IMG/VR virus record: IMGVR_UViG_3300044987_001050
Location: 19,187 to 83,186 of that record
Length of the DNA stretch: 64,000 nt
From: a virus
Direction: 5' to 3' (one strand)
The stretch's first letter is position 1; each line of letters begins with the position of its first letter. The translations under genes and the position numbers were made by a program. Of this stretch, positions 11,591 to 22,140 are shown one piece after another. Under the pieces are notes generated by a model. The model saw only the letters and a list, made by a program, of their open reading frames with translations. It made no database searches and had not been told where the DNA came from.

Positions 11591-12127
11591 ATGAGAATCA
11601 ATCTATACGCCGGGCCTGGAGCTGGCAAGTCAACTACAGCAGCTATGTTATTCGCAAAGCTGAAAATCGCAGGCTATTCAATTGAGCTTGTCTCGGAATA
11701 CGTCAAGGCTTGGGCAATCGCTAAGCGAGCACCGGTCGGATTCGATCAAGTTTATCTGATGGGCAAGCAACTTCAGTATGAGTATCGCTTCCTCTCGAAT
11801 GGAATTAAGAACGTGATCACTGACTCGCCTGTGTTGCTTTCAGCATGTTACACTCGCGCGAATTATCCTGACCTCATCAATGTAGCTGATCACATGGACG
11901 GCATCGTGATGGAATATGAACGGCAACATCCTGCGATTAACATCTTTCTCGATCGCGGAGATAAGGAATACAAGACCGAAGGCCGATTCCAAAGCAAGGA
12001 AGGCGCGCAACGGATTGACAACGTTGTCCGCGATACGCTCAACAGGCTAGGTTTGGTCTACACAACATTCTCATTCTACGACAACGATGCAATCTTCGAG
12101 TTCATCAAAGCAAATGCAACCTCATGA
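11591..12127 (+). CDS. P-loop ATPase/kinase (AAA_28/NadR-like)
   Basis: GPGAGKST Walker A, ITDSP. Confidence 0.8.
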   Translation: MRINLYAGPGAGKSTTAAMLFAKLKIAGYSIELVSEYVKAWAIAKRAPVGFDQVYLMGKQLQYEYRFLSNGIKNVITDSPVLLSACYTRANYPDLINVADHMDGIVMEYERQHPAINIFLDRGDKEYKTEGRFQSKEGAQRIDNVVRDTLNRLGLVYTTFSFYDNDAIFEFIKANATS

Positions 12128-12648
12128 AATCTCCTAAGGATTACGGATACGTCCTACACAAGAACCTCTGCCTCTTTCAGAAGGGACCGCTGTCTCAATG
12201 GTGGGGTGGCTACCCAGGACAGAACTCAAGCTTCGTTCCTGAAGGCGGAGGCGAAACATATAACTGTGCTGAACAATGGATGATGACTGTGAAGGCTGTG
12301 TTGATGGGCGATGAAGAAACCGCTCAGCTTATCCTAGCTGAAAAGAATCCTGCCAATCATAAGGCGCTGGGACGGCAGATCAAAAACTTCGACTCCGCAC
12401 TTTGGGACAAACATAAGGAGAAGGCGGTGTATCTTGGCAACCTCTTCAAGTTCAGACAGAACGCCGACATCCGAGAATTCCTTATCTCCTTTCCGCGCAA
12501 CACGATCTTTGCTGAAGCCGCACCTTGGGATAATGTCTGGGGAATCGGACTTGGACCGACTGATCCGGCTGCGCTCGATCAGTCGAAATGGAAGGGTCAA
12601 AATCTGCTCGGAAAGGCGATTCAGAAGGTCCACCGAGAATTGCTGTAA
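12124..12648 (+). CDS. NADAR family protein
   Basis: LSQW, AEQWMM..KA, KALGRQI, EAAPWDNVWGIG, GQNLLGK. Confidence 0.92.
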   Translation: MKSPKDYGYVLHKNLCLFQKGPLSQWWGGYPGQNSSFVPEGGGETYNCAEQWMMTVKAVLMGDEETAQLILAEKNPANHKALGRQIKNFDSALWDKHKEKAVYLGNLFKFRQNADIREFLISFPRNTIFAEAAPWDNVWGIGLGPTDPAALDQSKWKGQNLLGKAIQKVHRELL

Positions 12649-12692
12649 CTGATTGATTCTTAACAAATTCACAAAATTCATCATTTTGTGCA

Positions 12693-12733
12693 TTTTTCTT
12701 GTTTACAAGCCGAGAATTGTTTGTTAGAATCTG
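12693..12733 (+). promoter_or_regulatory. strong early promoter, near-identical to the copy at ~52806-52846
   Basis: TTTTCTTGTTTACAAGCCGaGAATTGTTTGTTAGAAT. Confidence 0.85.
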
Positions 12734-13482
12734 GTGTACCCACCATGAAAACGCTCGCCAACACACCGGCCTACCTCGTAGTCGAACTTGCGATTTATAC
12801 CTTCGCCGCCATCGCGATTCAAACCTTCGTGATGTTCGTCAAATAACGTTCACCACCTTTCGTCATGAAAACAAACATTCTCGTCAAAAACAAAACCCGC
12901 ATTGTCGCGCTTGACAAAGCAACCCAGCGTGAACTGCTTGAAGCCAAGTCGAACACGCTCGCGACAATCAAGAAATGGGAAGACCGCGTTGCTGCTGGCA
13001 TGACCCTCGGAACCGCTGGAGTCATCGCGACAATGAAAAATCATTTGAGTTCGATCGTCGTCGAGATCGCTTCCCGTGTTGGTAAGAAAGCAAAAGCATG
13101 AATTTTGAACCGCTCAACTACTACTCGGCGAAGCGCATTCGCGAGGACAAGGCATTCACGATTGAATTGCCGGTCACGCCTCAATCCGCGCCTGACGGCA
13201 AGCGCGAGAAAGATGCTTGTGAATCGCTCGTCGCCCGTGGCTTCCTCGTCGAAGTCAACCGCAACATCTTCGTCAAGAATTACCGCGCCCCGAAATGAGA
13301 CAACGCCTATTCACGAATGAATACAAAGTCGGTGATGAAGTCGCGATCATTCGTGCTCGGCACGGCTGGCATGACGGCCAAACCGAAGGAAAGATCATTC
13401 GCCTCTCTACTCATGAAGCGATTGTCATGACCGAAGACCACTCACAATACGAAATCGAACATCCCCGAGACATCAGAAAATT

Positions 13483-14376
13483 ATGAAAGGCAACAAATAC
13501 GACAACCTCTTCGGAGACGACCGCGATTGGATCGAAGACGCTTTGCGCGACTATGAAGTCCCGGACGGCGTGATCAACGAGATCGGCGCACACTTCATCG
13601 TACTGCAAACCAAGCTCGACAAGCTCGAGGCTGAGAAGGTGAACAAGCGAGACATCTTTGCTGAGATCGCGGCAGATTATGATGGTGATGATGATTTCAG
13701 AAGATACTTCAAGAAGATCGCAGATGAAGATGTGTTTTCACACCTCACGCCCAAGAATGCAACGCCAACAGTATCTGAGATCATGGACTTGTGGCCTGCC
13801 GGAACTGAAGTGAAGTACAACACATTCATCGAAGCCACTCGTCTCAAGGTCGCAGTAACTGTGACTCATGATGGAGCGCTCGCTTTCTTCAAGTATGATT
13901 GGAAGACCGCTGAGCCATACAGTTCTAACGGACGAGACAACCTGATCGACTGGCTTGGAAACCTTGGCCATGCTCAACTCGTCGCGCTCAAGAAGAAGCT
14001 GAAGAAGAACATCCAACGGACGGTCGATATTGCAAAGGCTCGAAAGCCGGTCAAGATCATCAAGCGCGAGCCACACATTCAGTCGCTCAAGACTGGCAAA
14101 TTCTTTTCACTCACTCCGAATACAATCGCCGATCTGTGGCCTATCGGCATGAGTGTTAAGTATACGCACAAGCGCACTCAAACCGAACGTAATTTTCTCA
14201 GGACTGGTCACGATACCCTGCGTGTGACTGATTATCAACTTGAGTCTGGGCGGAATATCCCTCAGGGAACTCGCCCACTATTCGCATTCCTCCGTGAACT
14301 CAACCGCGAGAAAAAGCGCAAACTGCTCAAGCGGATCTTCAAGAACCGTCAAAGAAAGCGTGATTCTATCCACTGA
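13483..14376 (+). CDS. hypothetical protein with internal duplicated domain
   Basis: DLWPAGTEVKY and DLWPIGMSVKY repeats. Confidence 0.6.
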   Translation: MKGNKYDNLFGDDRDWIEDALRDYEVPDGVINEIGAHFIVLQTKLDKLEAEKVNKRDIFAEIAADYDGDDDFRRYFKKIADEDVFSHLTPKNATPTVSEIMDLWPAGTEVKYNTFIEATRLKVAVTVTHDGALAFFKYDWKTAEPYSSNGRDNLIDWLGNLGHAQLVALKKKLKKNIQRTVDIAKARKPVKIIKREPHIQSLKTGKFFSLTPNTIADLWPIGMSVKYTHKRTQTERNFLRTGHDTLRVTDYQLESGRNIPQGTRPLFAFLRELNREKKRKLLKRIFKNRQRKRDSIH

Positions 14377-14387
14377 AAATAATTTTG

Positions 14388-14416
14388 TTTACAAGTCGGC
14401 TAAAATTTATTAGAAT
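14388..14416 (+). promoter_or_regulatory. early promoter
   Basis: TTTACA-17-TAGAAT. Confidence 0.75.
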
Positions 14417-14441
14417 TAACCGTACCCCAAACCACTACATT

Positions 14442-14876
14442 ATGAAAAAGACTGCTGAAATCACTTCGATCCGTCCACGGCTTCACTCCAATCGTGAACG
14501 GTACTTGCCTTCAGGTTGTGTTGTGCATGTTGATTGCAACGCGACAAACCTCATCGATTCCTTCTTTTCCGAAAACGAAATTTACTTGCTTGGCTTCAAG
14601 TGTAAGACTTGGGGCAAGGTTTCCAGGCTTGGAACGAAGGCGACGATTGTTTCACTCCGCGAAATCTTTGGCGACGACACGTCAATCAAGTGGAGCCGCA
14701 CGGCAGGTTGTGCATGCGGTTGCTCGCCAGGATATCGTGTTGGGAACCTGCCGTATGGCTCGCCCTACACTAACAAGAATATGAGCGTGAAGGTCGTGAC
14801 CGACGTCTCCGCTATCAAAGGCGCTCTCCCAGGATTCAAGATTGATCTTGACAAAGAAATCGCGAAGAACTCATGA
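14442..14876 (+). CDS. hypothetical protein
   Basis: WSRTAGCACGCSPGY motif. Confidence 0.6.
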   Translation: MKKTAEITSIRPRLHSNRERYLPSGCVVHVDCNATNLIDSFFSENEIYLLGFKCKTWGKVSRLGTKATIVSLREIFGDDTSIKWSRTAGCACGCSPGYRVGNLPYGSPYTNKNMSVKVVTDVSAIKGALPGFKIDLDKEIAKNS

Positions 14877-15529
14877 GTCTGACTTACAAGAGATTCCTCA
14901 ACATGTTAGCCGTGATCTCGGTCGCGGCTTACTTTGTTGAAGTAGGATTGGAAATGGAAGGCGACCTCCGCTTCCTAATCCTCGAGCGATGCGTTGCCAT
15001 CATCTTCACAATCGAACTGTTCATTCAGCTCAAACGGGAGACCGCTTATTGGAAGACAGGCGAGTTTATCGTTGACATCCTCTCGATCCTACCGTTCTAT
15101 GTCGGCTTCTTTGTTCCTGCTCAATACCTCGGAATCATTCGAACACTCCGAGTCTTTCGACTGCTCAAACTCTTCTGGCATAATGATTCATTCACGGTCA
15201 TGAAGAATGCCTTTGCGCTTGCTTGGCCATCAGTGAGGAACGTCGGCTTCTGCTTGATATGTCTCGCCCTCTTCTGTTCCGCCATCCTCTTCCAAGTTGA
15301 GCCGACTACATTCGGGTCAATCGGCAACACGCTCTACTTCGTATTGACAACTATCACGACCATCGGCTTCGGTGACTACTCGCCTAAGACCGGACTCGGA
15401 AAGGCAATCACGATCTTCCTACTGTATGGTCCGTCGCTGATGGTCTGCGGATCCTTAATAGGCGTCGTCTGCTCCTCATATCAAACCTCTCTTGAACAAT
15501 TCAACAAAACCAAACATGAATCCGATTGA
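14873..15529 (+). CDS. voltage-gated potassium channel-like protein (6TM)
   Basis: S4-like IRTLRVFRLLK; selectivity filter TTIGFGD. Confidence 0.88.
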   Translation: MSLTYKRFLNMLAVISVAAYFVEVGLEMEGDLRFLILERCVAIIFTIELFIQLKRETAYWKTGEFIVDILSILPFYVGFFVPAQYLGIIRTLRVFRLLKLFWHNDSFTVMKNAFALAWPSVRNVGFCLICLALFCSAILFQVEPTTFGSIGNTLYFVLTTITTIGFGDYSPKTGLGKAITIFLLYGPSLMVCGSLIGVVCSSYQTSLEQFNKTKHESD

Positions 15530-15881
15530 ACTAACCCGCGAAATGATCGAAGACTGCATTCTCAACTCGAAGGTATTTCGAGATGCGATCATCGACAACA
15601 TTATGCTTGCTCAGAAGCCGAACCTCCACGAGGAACTGCTGAAAGCCATGCATGATTCGGTTCAGCCCAACCACATCGGCGGCGGTACCACGATGAACAA
15701 GATCGCTTTCATCAAGGCAATCCGCGAACTCTCACAGAAACGCGCCCGCGAGTTCGTTGAACAGTATCCGTCGATCATCTCAGGTTCTGAATACTTTGGT
15801 CCTGGCGGCGCGTCGACCTTGGGCCTCGCTGATTCGAAGCACCTCGCCGAATCCTACATCTCGCTCCATTACCGCCCATGA
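15516..15881 (+). CDS. ribosomal protein bL12 (L7/L12) C-terminal-domain-like protein
   Basis: NKIAFIKAIRELS...LGLADSKHLAE resembles the bL12 CTD KIxVIKxVRExTGLGLKEAKDLVE, with an insertion. Confidence 0.6.
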   Translation: MNPIELTREMIEDCILNSKVFRDAIIDNIMLAQKPNLHEELLKAMHDSVQPNHIGGGTTMNKIAFIKAIRELSQKRAREFVEQYPSIISGSEYFGPGGASTLGLADSKHLAESYISLHYRP

Positions 15882-16720
15882 TGGCCAACGTTTTCATTAC
15901 ACGCACTAAGGGTACCCGCCGTCCTTCGCGCTACGCTGCCTTTGAGGCAAAGATGCGCGAGGAACAACACAAGCGGATGAAGGAGATCGGCACGCCCACG
16001 ATGTCTGAACTCAAAGAACGGGTCGAGGCGGCTGGCTATCACTTCGGTACCGCTATCAGGAACGAGTTTGTCAATATGTACCCAGCTGGGTATGTCGACA
16101 AAGCGGGTGAGAACCGCAAGTGTTGGGTGACATGGCATCCCACTAAAACCGAGAAGGCAACCCACATCTCGAAGAACTTCGACACACTAACCTACCGCCC
16201 GTTGCTCGACGACGATTTCTGCTTACCCCTACACATGCGATGATACCTCTATTCCAAACGATTGACGTGCACGAAGTGCTTGACCTCCCGATTGTCTTGC
16301 GTGACATGACGAAGACCCTTCGGTATTCATACATAGATCTATACGACCGCTATGAAGAAGCGGTCTTCTATGCCTCGAGTTCAACCGCGGATCAGCATAT
16401 GCTCGATAGTTTTCGGACTAACCCTCCCAAGCCGCCGACATGCGACGATGTTAGGAGTTACGACTTCACCGCTTTAGGCAACACCCTTTTCGTTTACGGA
16501 ATCATATGAAAGCACCAATCACAGTAACAATCACCGGCTTCGTTTCAATGGAACACGCAGAGGCTTGGGCCGCATGGTATGATGGCTCAGGCGAGCAACA
16601 GTCAGACGACTGGCTCGAGGAATGTGATGTTCCATCTGCATACCTCAAAGGCCCGCCGATCATCGAAGAAAACAACATCACGCTGGCCCTTCACGATCTC
16701 CCGCGTGGATGAAAATCTGA

Positions 16721-16749
16721 TTTACATCCTCACCAAAATTTGATATAAT
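16721..16749 (+). promoter_or_regulatory. promoter, ATG 7 nt downstream (leaderless)
   Basis: TTTACA-17-TATAAT. Confidence 0.8.
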
Positions 16750-16756
16750 AACACAA

Positions 16757-17824
16757 ATGAAAATCGCTTCTGTAGAAAAACTAATTTCTGTTGAACCGCA
16801 TCCAAATGCGGACCGTCTTGATCTCGTCAAGGTGTTGGGTTACCAATGCGTGACCGAAAAGGGCCTGCATTCCGCTGGCGACCTCATCATCTACATTCAG
16901 CCTGACTCTGTCTTGCCTGAAGATGCAGCATGGGCTGAGGGCTATCGCAAGTACTCTCCTGGTCGTATCAAGGCCGTGAAGCTCCGCGGTGAATTCTCGG
17001 AAGGCATCATCGTGAAGTTCGAGCAAGTTGGTTTGGCTAATTCCTACGGGACTGAAGGATTTGATGTTGCTGAATTGCTTGGCGTCAAACACTACGAGCC
17101 ACCGCTTCCCCAAGATCTTTCTGCAAAGGGTGCCCTTCCTTTCGGCATCCCGAAGACCGACGAAGAGCGTTGGGAGAACATCACGGGCCGCTTGCCTTTC
17201 GGTGAGAAGGTTGATGTGTCTCTGAAGATCGACGGCCAATCATGGTCTGCATATTACAATGTCAAGACAAAGGAGTTCGGCGTGCTGGGCCGCACGATGG
17301 AATACAAGGAAGAGTGCTCCAACCGTTACACAGCACAGATCGAACGGTATGACATCAAGAACAAGCTTGTTCAATACTGCACTGAGCTTGGCATGTCGCT
17401 TTGTATCCGAGGCGAGTCTTATGGCGATGGCCTTCAAGCGCACTCATTCAATCCGCATGCGAAGGAAAAGGCAGGTCTTGCTATCTTCTCCGTATATCTC
17501 ATCGATGAACGCCGCTACGCTCGTAAAGGTCATCCGTTCTATTACCCGCTTGTTGCTGAACAACTCGGCCTTCCAACTGTGCCAATCCTCGAGCGTGACG
17601 TGGTGCTTACACAGGAACTCATCGACAAGTACTCCGTTGGTCTCAAGAAGATTGACGGCAAGCCATTCGAAGGCGTCGTGATCAACCACGGTGACTACGT
17701 CATCGAGCGCGAGTCGAACATCATGGTTTGCCCTGACGGAGTTGAACGCGATGTTGGCGGCGCAAAGACATACGTTGCTCATTCCTTCAAGGTCATCTCG
17801 AAGCACTACGATTCACAGAAGTGA
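16757..17824 (+). CDS. RNA ligase, DRB0094/Rnl2-like family
   Basis: N-terminal HPNADRL OB-like module; KIDG, RGE, EGVV, SFKVIS motifs. Confidence 0.9.
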   Translation: MKIASVEKLISVEPHPNADRLDLVKVLGYQCVTEKGLHSAGDLIIYIQPDSVLPEDAAWAEGYRKYSPGRIKAVKLRGEFSEGIIVKFEQVGLANSYGTEGFDVAELLGVKHYEPPLPQDLSAKGALPFGIPKTDEERWENITGRLPFGEKVDVSLKIDGQSWSAYYNVKTKEFGVLGRTMEYKEECSNRYTAQIERYDIKNKLVQYCTELGMSLCIRGESYGDGLQAHSFNPHAKEKAGLAIFSVYLIDERRYARKGHPFYYPLVAEQLGLPTVPILERDVVLTQELIDKYSVGLKKIDGKPFEGVVINHGDYVIERESNIMVCPDGVERDVGGAKTYVAHSFKVISKHYDSQK

Positions 17825-18415
17825 TCCGTGTTTGAGCAAAAGATAACGCGATACTCCGGTAAGCTGCTCTGCTTCAATAATGCTAGAGAAGGTCTTGCCG
17901 GAGTATTCAATCTTCTTTGATGTATGCCGCTTTGAACTTATAGACATTTTTCTACGAGTAGCATCGGAAGCAGAAGATCCCAATTTAGCAATAGACAAAT
18001 TTTTCCTATGCTCGTCTGAGAATGTCATTCCTTTCTTAGCAACAGATATTCGTCTGCGTGATTCATCAGATCGCTTGCATGATGCCGGATGCTCTTTCCC
18101 AAATTTGCCAACAAGCCGCTGACCATTCTCTCTAGTAAATCCACCAAGCCCGCCTGGTTTTAAGTTATACACATTTCCACTTGAGATGAATTCATCTGTT
18201 ACTAATTCACGTTCTTTAGCATATGCTTCAGTCGCGTTGTCAAACTCATGAAGCGTAACTCTTTTGAATTTTGATCTTCCGTGTTTCTTGATTGCTCTAG
18301 AGATTAGAGTGCCTGAACCAAGATAGTCATCATGATCTCCGCCATTTCTATGAACACCAATGTAAATTTTGCCAGTCTCTAAATTAGTAGTTTCATACAC
18401 GATGTACATAACCAT
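17813..18415 (-). mobile_element. GIY-YIG (Seg-like) homing endonuclease with NUMOD3 repeats
   Basis: YIVYETTNL..GKIYIGVH, YLGSG, YNLKPGG, SDEHRKNLS; AT-richer, opposite strand. Confidence 0.88.
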
Positions 18416-19130
18416 ATTTATTTCCAAATGAGTGACACTTCAAGAGGCGGAGACGCCTACATCCCGTCTATGACGTGGGCCTACGCAGCTGAAGAGTTGC
18501 GTAGGCTCGCCTCGCAATTTACAATAGAGCGTAAGCAAGATCTTGAGAACAAGTTCATGTTTCGTATTGTGAGCGTTCAAAAGAAGCGGACTGATAAACC
18601 CGCCATCCCAGTGCATATAAATTTTGATATGCACACGAAAACGATGCAACAGCAAGAGACCCAAGCGATTCTTTCGACGTTCGATCAACTCGATGCGCTC
18701 GTCGAGAAATGCGACCGGCTCGAGCATGAGCGCGATCTTTGGAAAGCCGAAGCAGAACGTTGGCGGGAAATCGCCATGACGAAAGAAGACTAATGTGTTT
18801 CATCCCGCCGCCTGCGCCACCTGCACCTCCGTCGCCTCGCAATATAGTTCACTGCCGAGGTTGCAACTCTCTAGTTGATGCTAGCGTCTGGGGAGACCTT
18901 TGCTCAATTTGTGTTGTCACTGGAGGAAAAAGTCCTCCGGCTGTAGAAGAGACTGTCTCACCTGGGTGGCATCCAACATCAATTCAAATAAAAGGTTGGG
19001 AACCTACATTACGTCCACAACGACCACTCCGAACGTCTCGTGAAGTTGTTTGTGAATCGCCTAAGGCGCCGATGTCATTCCAAGAGGAGATGGACGCAGC
19101 TCTTGCCTTTAATCCATTACAAGATTTGAT

Positions 19131-19159
19131 TTTACAACGCACGAAGAATGTGATATAAT
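19131..19159 (+). promoter_or_regulatory. promoter, ATG 7 nt downstream
   Basis: TTTACA-17-TATAAT. Confidence 0.8.
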
Positions 19160-19166
19160 TACTAAT

Positions 19167-19916
19167 ATGCTACCAATCTATAAAGTTGCCGACATTCGGC
19201 AAGCATTCGTTGAAAAATACCTAAGAGGAGATATCGTAACAAATGACACAGGTTCGTTGTCCGGTGCTGATACAGTCGAGATCCTCGGCGCTTCATTCAT
19301 TGCTGACGAGTCTGCAATCTTTGGTGTACCCAACTATCCTTACATCCAAAACGAGATTGATTGGTACATCTCGAAGTCGCTCAACGTGAATGACATTCCT
19401 GGCGAGGTGCCTAAGATCTGGAAGGCGGTTGCTTCTCCTGATGGTCTCATCAACTCGAACTACGGGTACCTCATCTTCTCCAAAGAAAACGGTGCACAGG
19501 TTTGCAATGTCATCGACACGCTATTGCAGTCGCCGTCGTCTCGACGTGCAACAATGATCTACACGCGGCCGACAATGCATGTTGATTTCAACACGAATGG
19601 CATGCAAGATTTCGTTTGCACGAACGCCGTGCAGTACATCATTCGCAACAATCGACTGCACGTGATCGTTCAGATGCGCTCTAACGACGCATGGGCAGGC
19701 TTCCGCAATGACCTGGCTTGGCAACTCTTCGTTCAGAAGTTTGTGCTTTATGCTTTGAATGCGCCACGTTTCAACAGCTTATATGAGCTAGGTGATGTTC
19801 ATTGGCAGGTGTCATCGTTGCACGTCTACCAACGCCAATTCTATTTGCTCGATCACTTCGCGAAGACGGGCGAACACCACATCACGCTCGAAAACTATAA
19901 CAAGCTTTACAAATGA
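19167..19916 (+). CDS. dCMP hydroxymethylase/hydroxylase (T4 gp42-like thymidylate synthase fold)
   Basis: INSNYG, DFVCT catalytic Cys, MRSND, GFRND (Asp = dCMP specificity), SLHVY. Confidence 0.88.
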   Translation: MLPIYKVADIRQAFVEKYLRGDIVTNDTGSLSGADTVEILGASFIADESAIFGVPNYPYIQNEIDWYISKSLNVNDIPGEVPKIWKAVASPDGLINSNYGYLIFSKENGAQVCNVIDTLLQSPSSRRATMIYTRPTMHVDFNTNGMQDFVCTNAVQYIIRNNRLHVIVQMRSNDAWAGFRNDLAWQLFVQKFVLYALNAPRFNSLYELGDVHWQVSSLHVYQRQFYLLDHFAKTGEHHITLENYNKLYK

Positions 19917-20169
19917 ACATGGCTGAACAACATCGTGAAGACATCATCACCAAGGCAGAGGTTGAGGCTGAGCTTGATCAGCTATTAGGCAAGATCAGAA
20001 GCGAGCGCCAGCCTAACACACGCGGAGTTATGCTCCTAACACAATTCCTCGCAGGCCTGATGTTACAGTATGGAAATATTGATCAGTCCAAGCTTGACGC
20101 TCACGAGTTTATGTTTTGGCTTACTCATAATGGCGACGGAACTCTAATCACCCCGGCAATCAAAAACGC

Positions 20170-20439
20170 ATGACAACATATCAAACAATTCAGGAAGTAC
20201 TTGAGAAGGTAATCGGCGAAGCTAATACGCCTGAGCTGCGCGCAAAGGTTACGAAAGAACTTGAGGATCGTCTGAAGGAGTGTGTTCGTATCAAAGTCAT
20301 TTGCGACGAGACTACTAATCCGCCGTCAGTGATTTATATGAATGAGTTGCGCGGGATTGTCATTAAGGGAGATGCTAAGAAACCTGAAGAGACACAGTAC
20401 CGATTCAGGATTAGTTCAACCGGAATAAATGTTGTATGA
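20170..20439 (+). CDS. small protein resembling tail-sheath C-terminal domain
   Basis: VICDETTNPPSVIYMNEL resembles the gp18 C-terminal VCDETNN motif. Confidence 0.5.
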   Translation: MTTYQTIQEVLEKVIGEANTPELRAKVTKELEDRLKECVRIKVICDETTNPPSVIYMNELRGIVIKGDAKKPEETQYRFRISSTGINVV

Positions 20440-20924
20440 TAACACTTGAAAACATTAACAAGCAAGACGCGTGTAAGAACCTGCTCGAGTCTCCAGCACC
20501 TATCGTTGTTGGCCGCCTAATCGATGATATCCGCGCGTACATTTCGTTCGTGGACGCGCTTACTAAGCAAGTAAGGATTCATCCTATTGATGAAGACGAT
20601 CTGAACGAACTAATCGACAAACACATACCTTCATGAAGATGGCATCCTTAATAGAAACTCGCGAGCAGAAAAAGATCTGCTCATTGATAAACGAACTCGA
20701 AGAAATCCTTTTCAAGCATGTTGATTCGCCTGGCGTAGACATAACAGACCTCGAGATACCAAATCAACTTGTAAGACATGTAGCTCGTCAGATGTTGTTT
20801 CATACAAAGGCTTTTCCTGGCGTTCATGATCTCGACTATTCTCGTCTTGGCGTGCTAGCAATAACTCCGCCCAACTTCTCGATCAACTATTACACCACCT
20901 GGGCCTTCCAAGAAATTTACGACA

Positions 20925-21311
20925 ATGCTGTTTAAGAAAGGTGATCCTATTGCGGTTGACTTCGATGGAACTTGCGTAACACACGAATATCCGAAGGTCG
21001 GTCGATTCATCGGTGCACAGAAAGTGTTGCATCGTATTGTTGCTGAGGGCGGTAAGCTTATCTTATGGACAATGCGAAGCGGCGAACATCTCGATGATGC
21101 GCTTGCTTGGTTTGACGAGAATGATATTCCGCTCTACGGTATTCAGGTAAACCCAGGCCAGTACACATGGACGACTAGTCCTAAGGCGTATGCAAAGATT
21201 TACATCGATGATGCCGCGCTTGGTTGTCCCATGAAGCCAGGCTTTAAAGATGAACGTCCTTTCGTTGACTGGGACGCAGTAGAACTCTTACTATTCGGAA
21301 ACAATGCATAA
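20925..21311 (+). CDS. HAD-family phosphatase (BT0820-like)
   Basis: IAVDFDGT, ILWT.R, K.YA.IYIDD. Confidence 0.88.
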   Translation: MLFKKGDPIAVDFDGTCVTHEYPKVGRFIGAQKVLHRIVAEGGKLILWTMRSGEHLDDALAWFDENDIPLYGIQVNPGQYTWTTSPKAYAKIYIDDAALGCPMKPGFKDERPFVDWDAVELLLFGNNA

Positions 21312-21571
21312 AGAAGACCTCCAAGAAATCGTTGACTTGTCCGATATGTTAACGACCGACATCGAAAGTTTCATCGGCGAGTTCAACGATGAACTAACGA
21401 GAAGTCGACTCACGGAAATCATGCGAATGTACTTCGTTAGAGTTCGCGCGATAACACGTCTTCCGATTGACATCAACAAGATTGGGTTGTGCAACATCAG
21501 TAAGATAGCGCCAACTATTGGATCTGACTTTGGTTTACCTACAGACAGATCTGAAAACGAAATAAGAGCTA

Positions 21572-22099
21572 ATGCATACACCCAAAGTGCCTTTCGAGAT
21601 ATCTCCCGCATTATTGAAGACAATCAAGTTTCGTCCTGATGGGTACGTGGACAATTGGTTCTCGAACATGTTACCATTCGATCACCCGCTTGTCGTTGAC
21701 GGAATAACATACTTCTCGGTCGAGAATTTTTACCAAGCTTCAAAGATTGAGGCATACCGGCGCGAGTTGCGCGTCGAGATTGCAAGCATGAGCCCGCCTA
21801 AGTCGAAGGCATGCTTCCGGAGGGAACCTGACAAGTTTGTCGTGATGCAGGATTGGACGACGGGCCGCAAGCTCCGAACAATGCAGTATGCGCTCAACTG
21901 GAAGTTCTTGCCAGGCACGTCATGGCACGAGAAGCTTATGCAAACCCAAGCCGATCCTATCATTGAGTTCAACAACTGGAACGACACGTTCTGGGGCTGG
22001 GACATCAGGAAGGAGACAGGCTCAAATCATTTAGGCAGACTACTGATGGAAATGCGCGCGCGGTTTGCTCAAAGCACGCTCGACTCTTTCATGTCATAA
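21572..22099 (+). CDS. second NADAR family protein
   Basis: WFSNM, SVENFYQASK, EFNNWNDTFWG, GSNHLGRLLME.R; start uncertain. Confidence 0.85.
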   Translation: MHTPKVPFEISPALLKTIKFRPDGYVDNWFSNMLPFDHPLVVDGITYFSVENFYQASKIEAYRRELRVEIASMSPPKSKACFRREPDKFVVMQDWTTGRKLRTMQYALNWKFLPGTSWHEKLMQTQADPIIEFNNWNDTFWGWDIRKETGSNHLGRLLMEMRARFAQSTLDSFMS

Positions 22100-22104
22100 T
22101 GTTA

Positions 22105-22133
22105 TTTACATATGACGTCCAATAGTGTATAAT
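22105..22133 (+). promoter_or_regulatory. promoter of the sugar/DNA-modification operon, ATG 7 nt downstream
   Basis: TTTACA-17-TATAAT. Confidence 0.8.
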
Positions 22134-22140
22134 CATAAAA

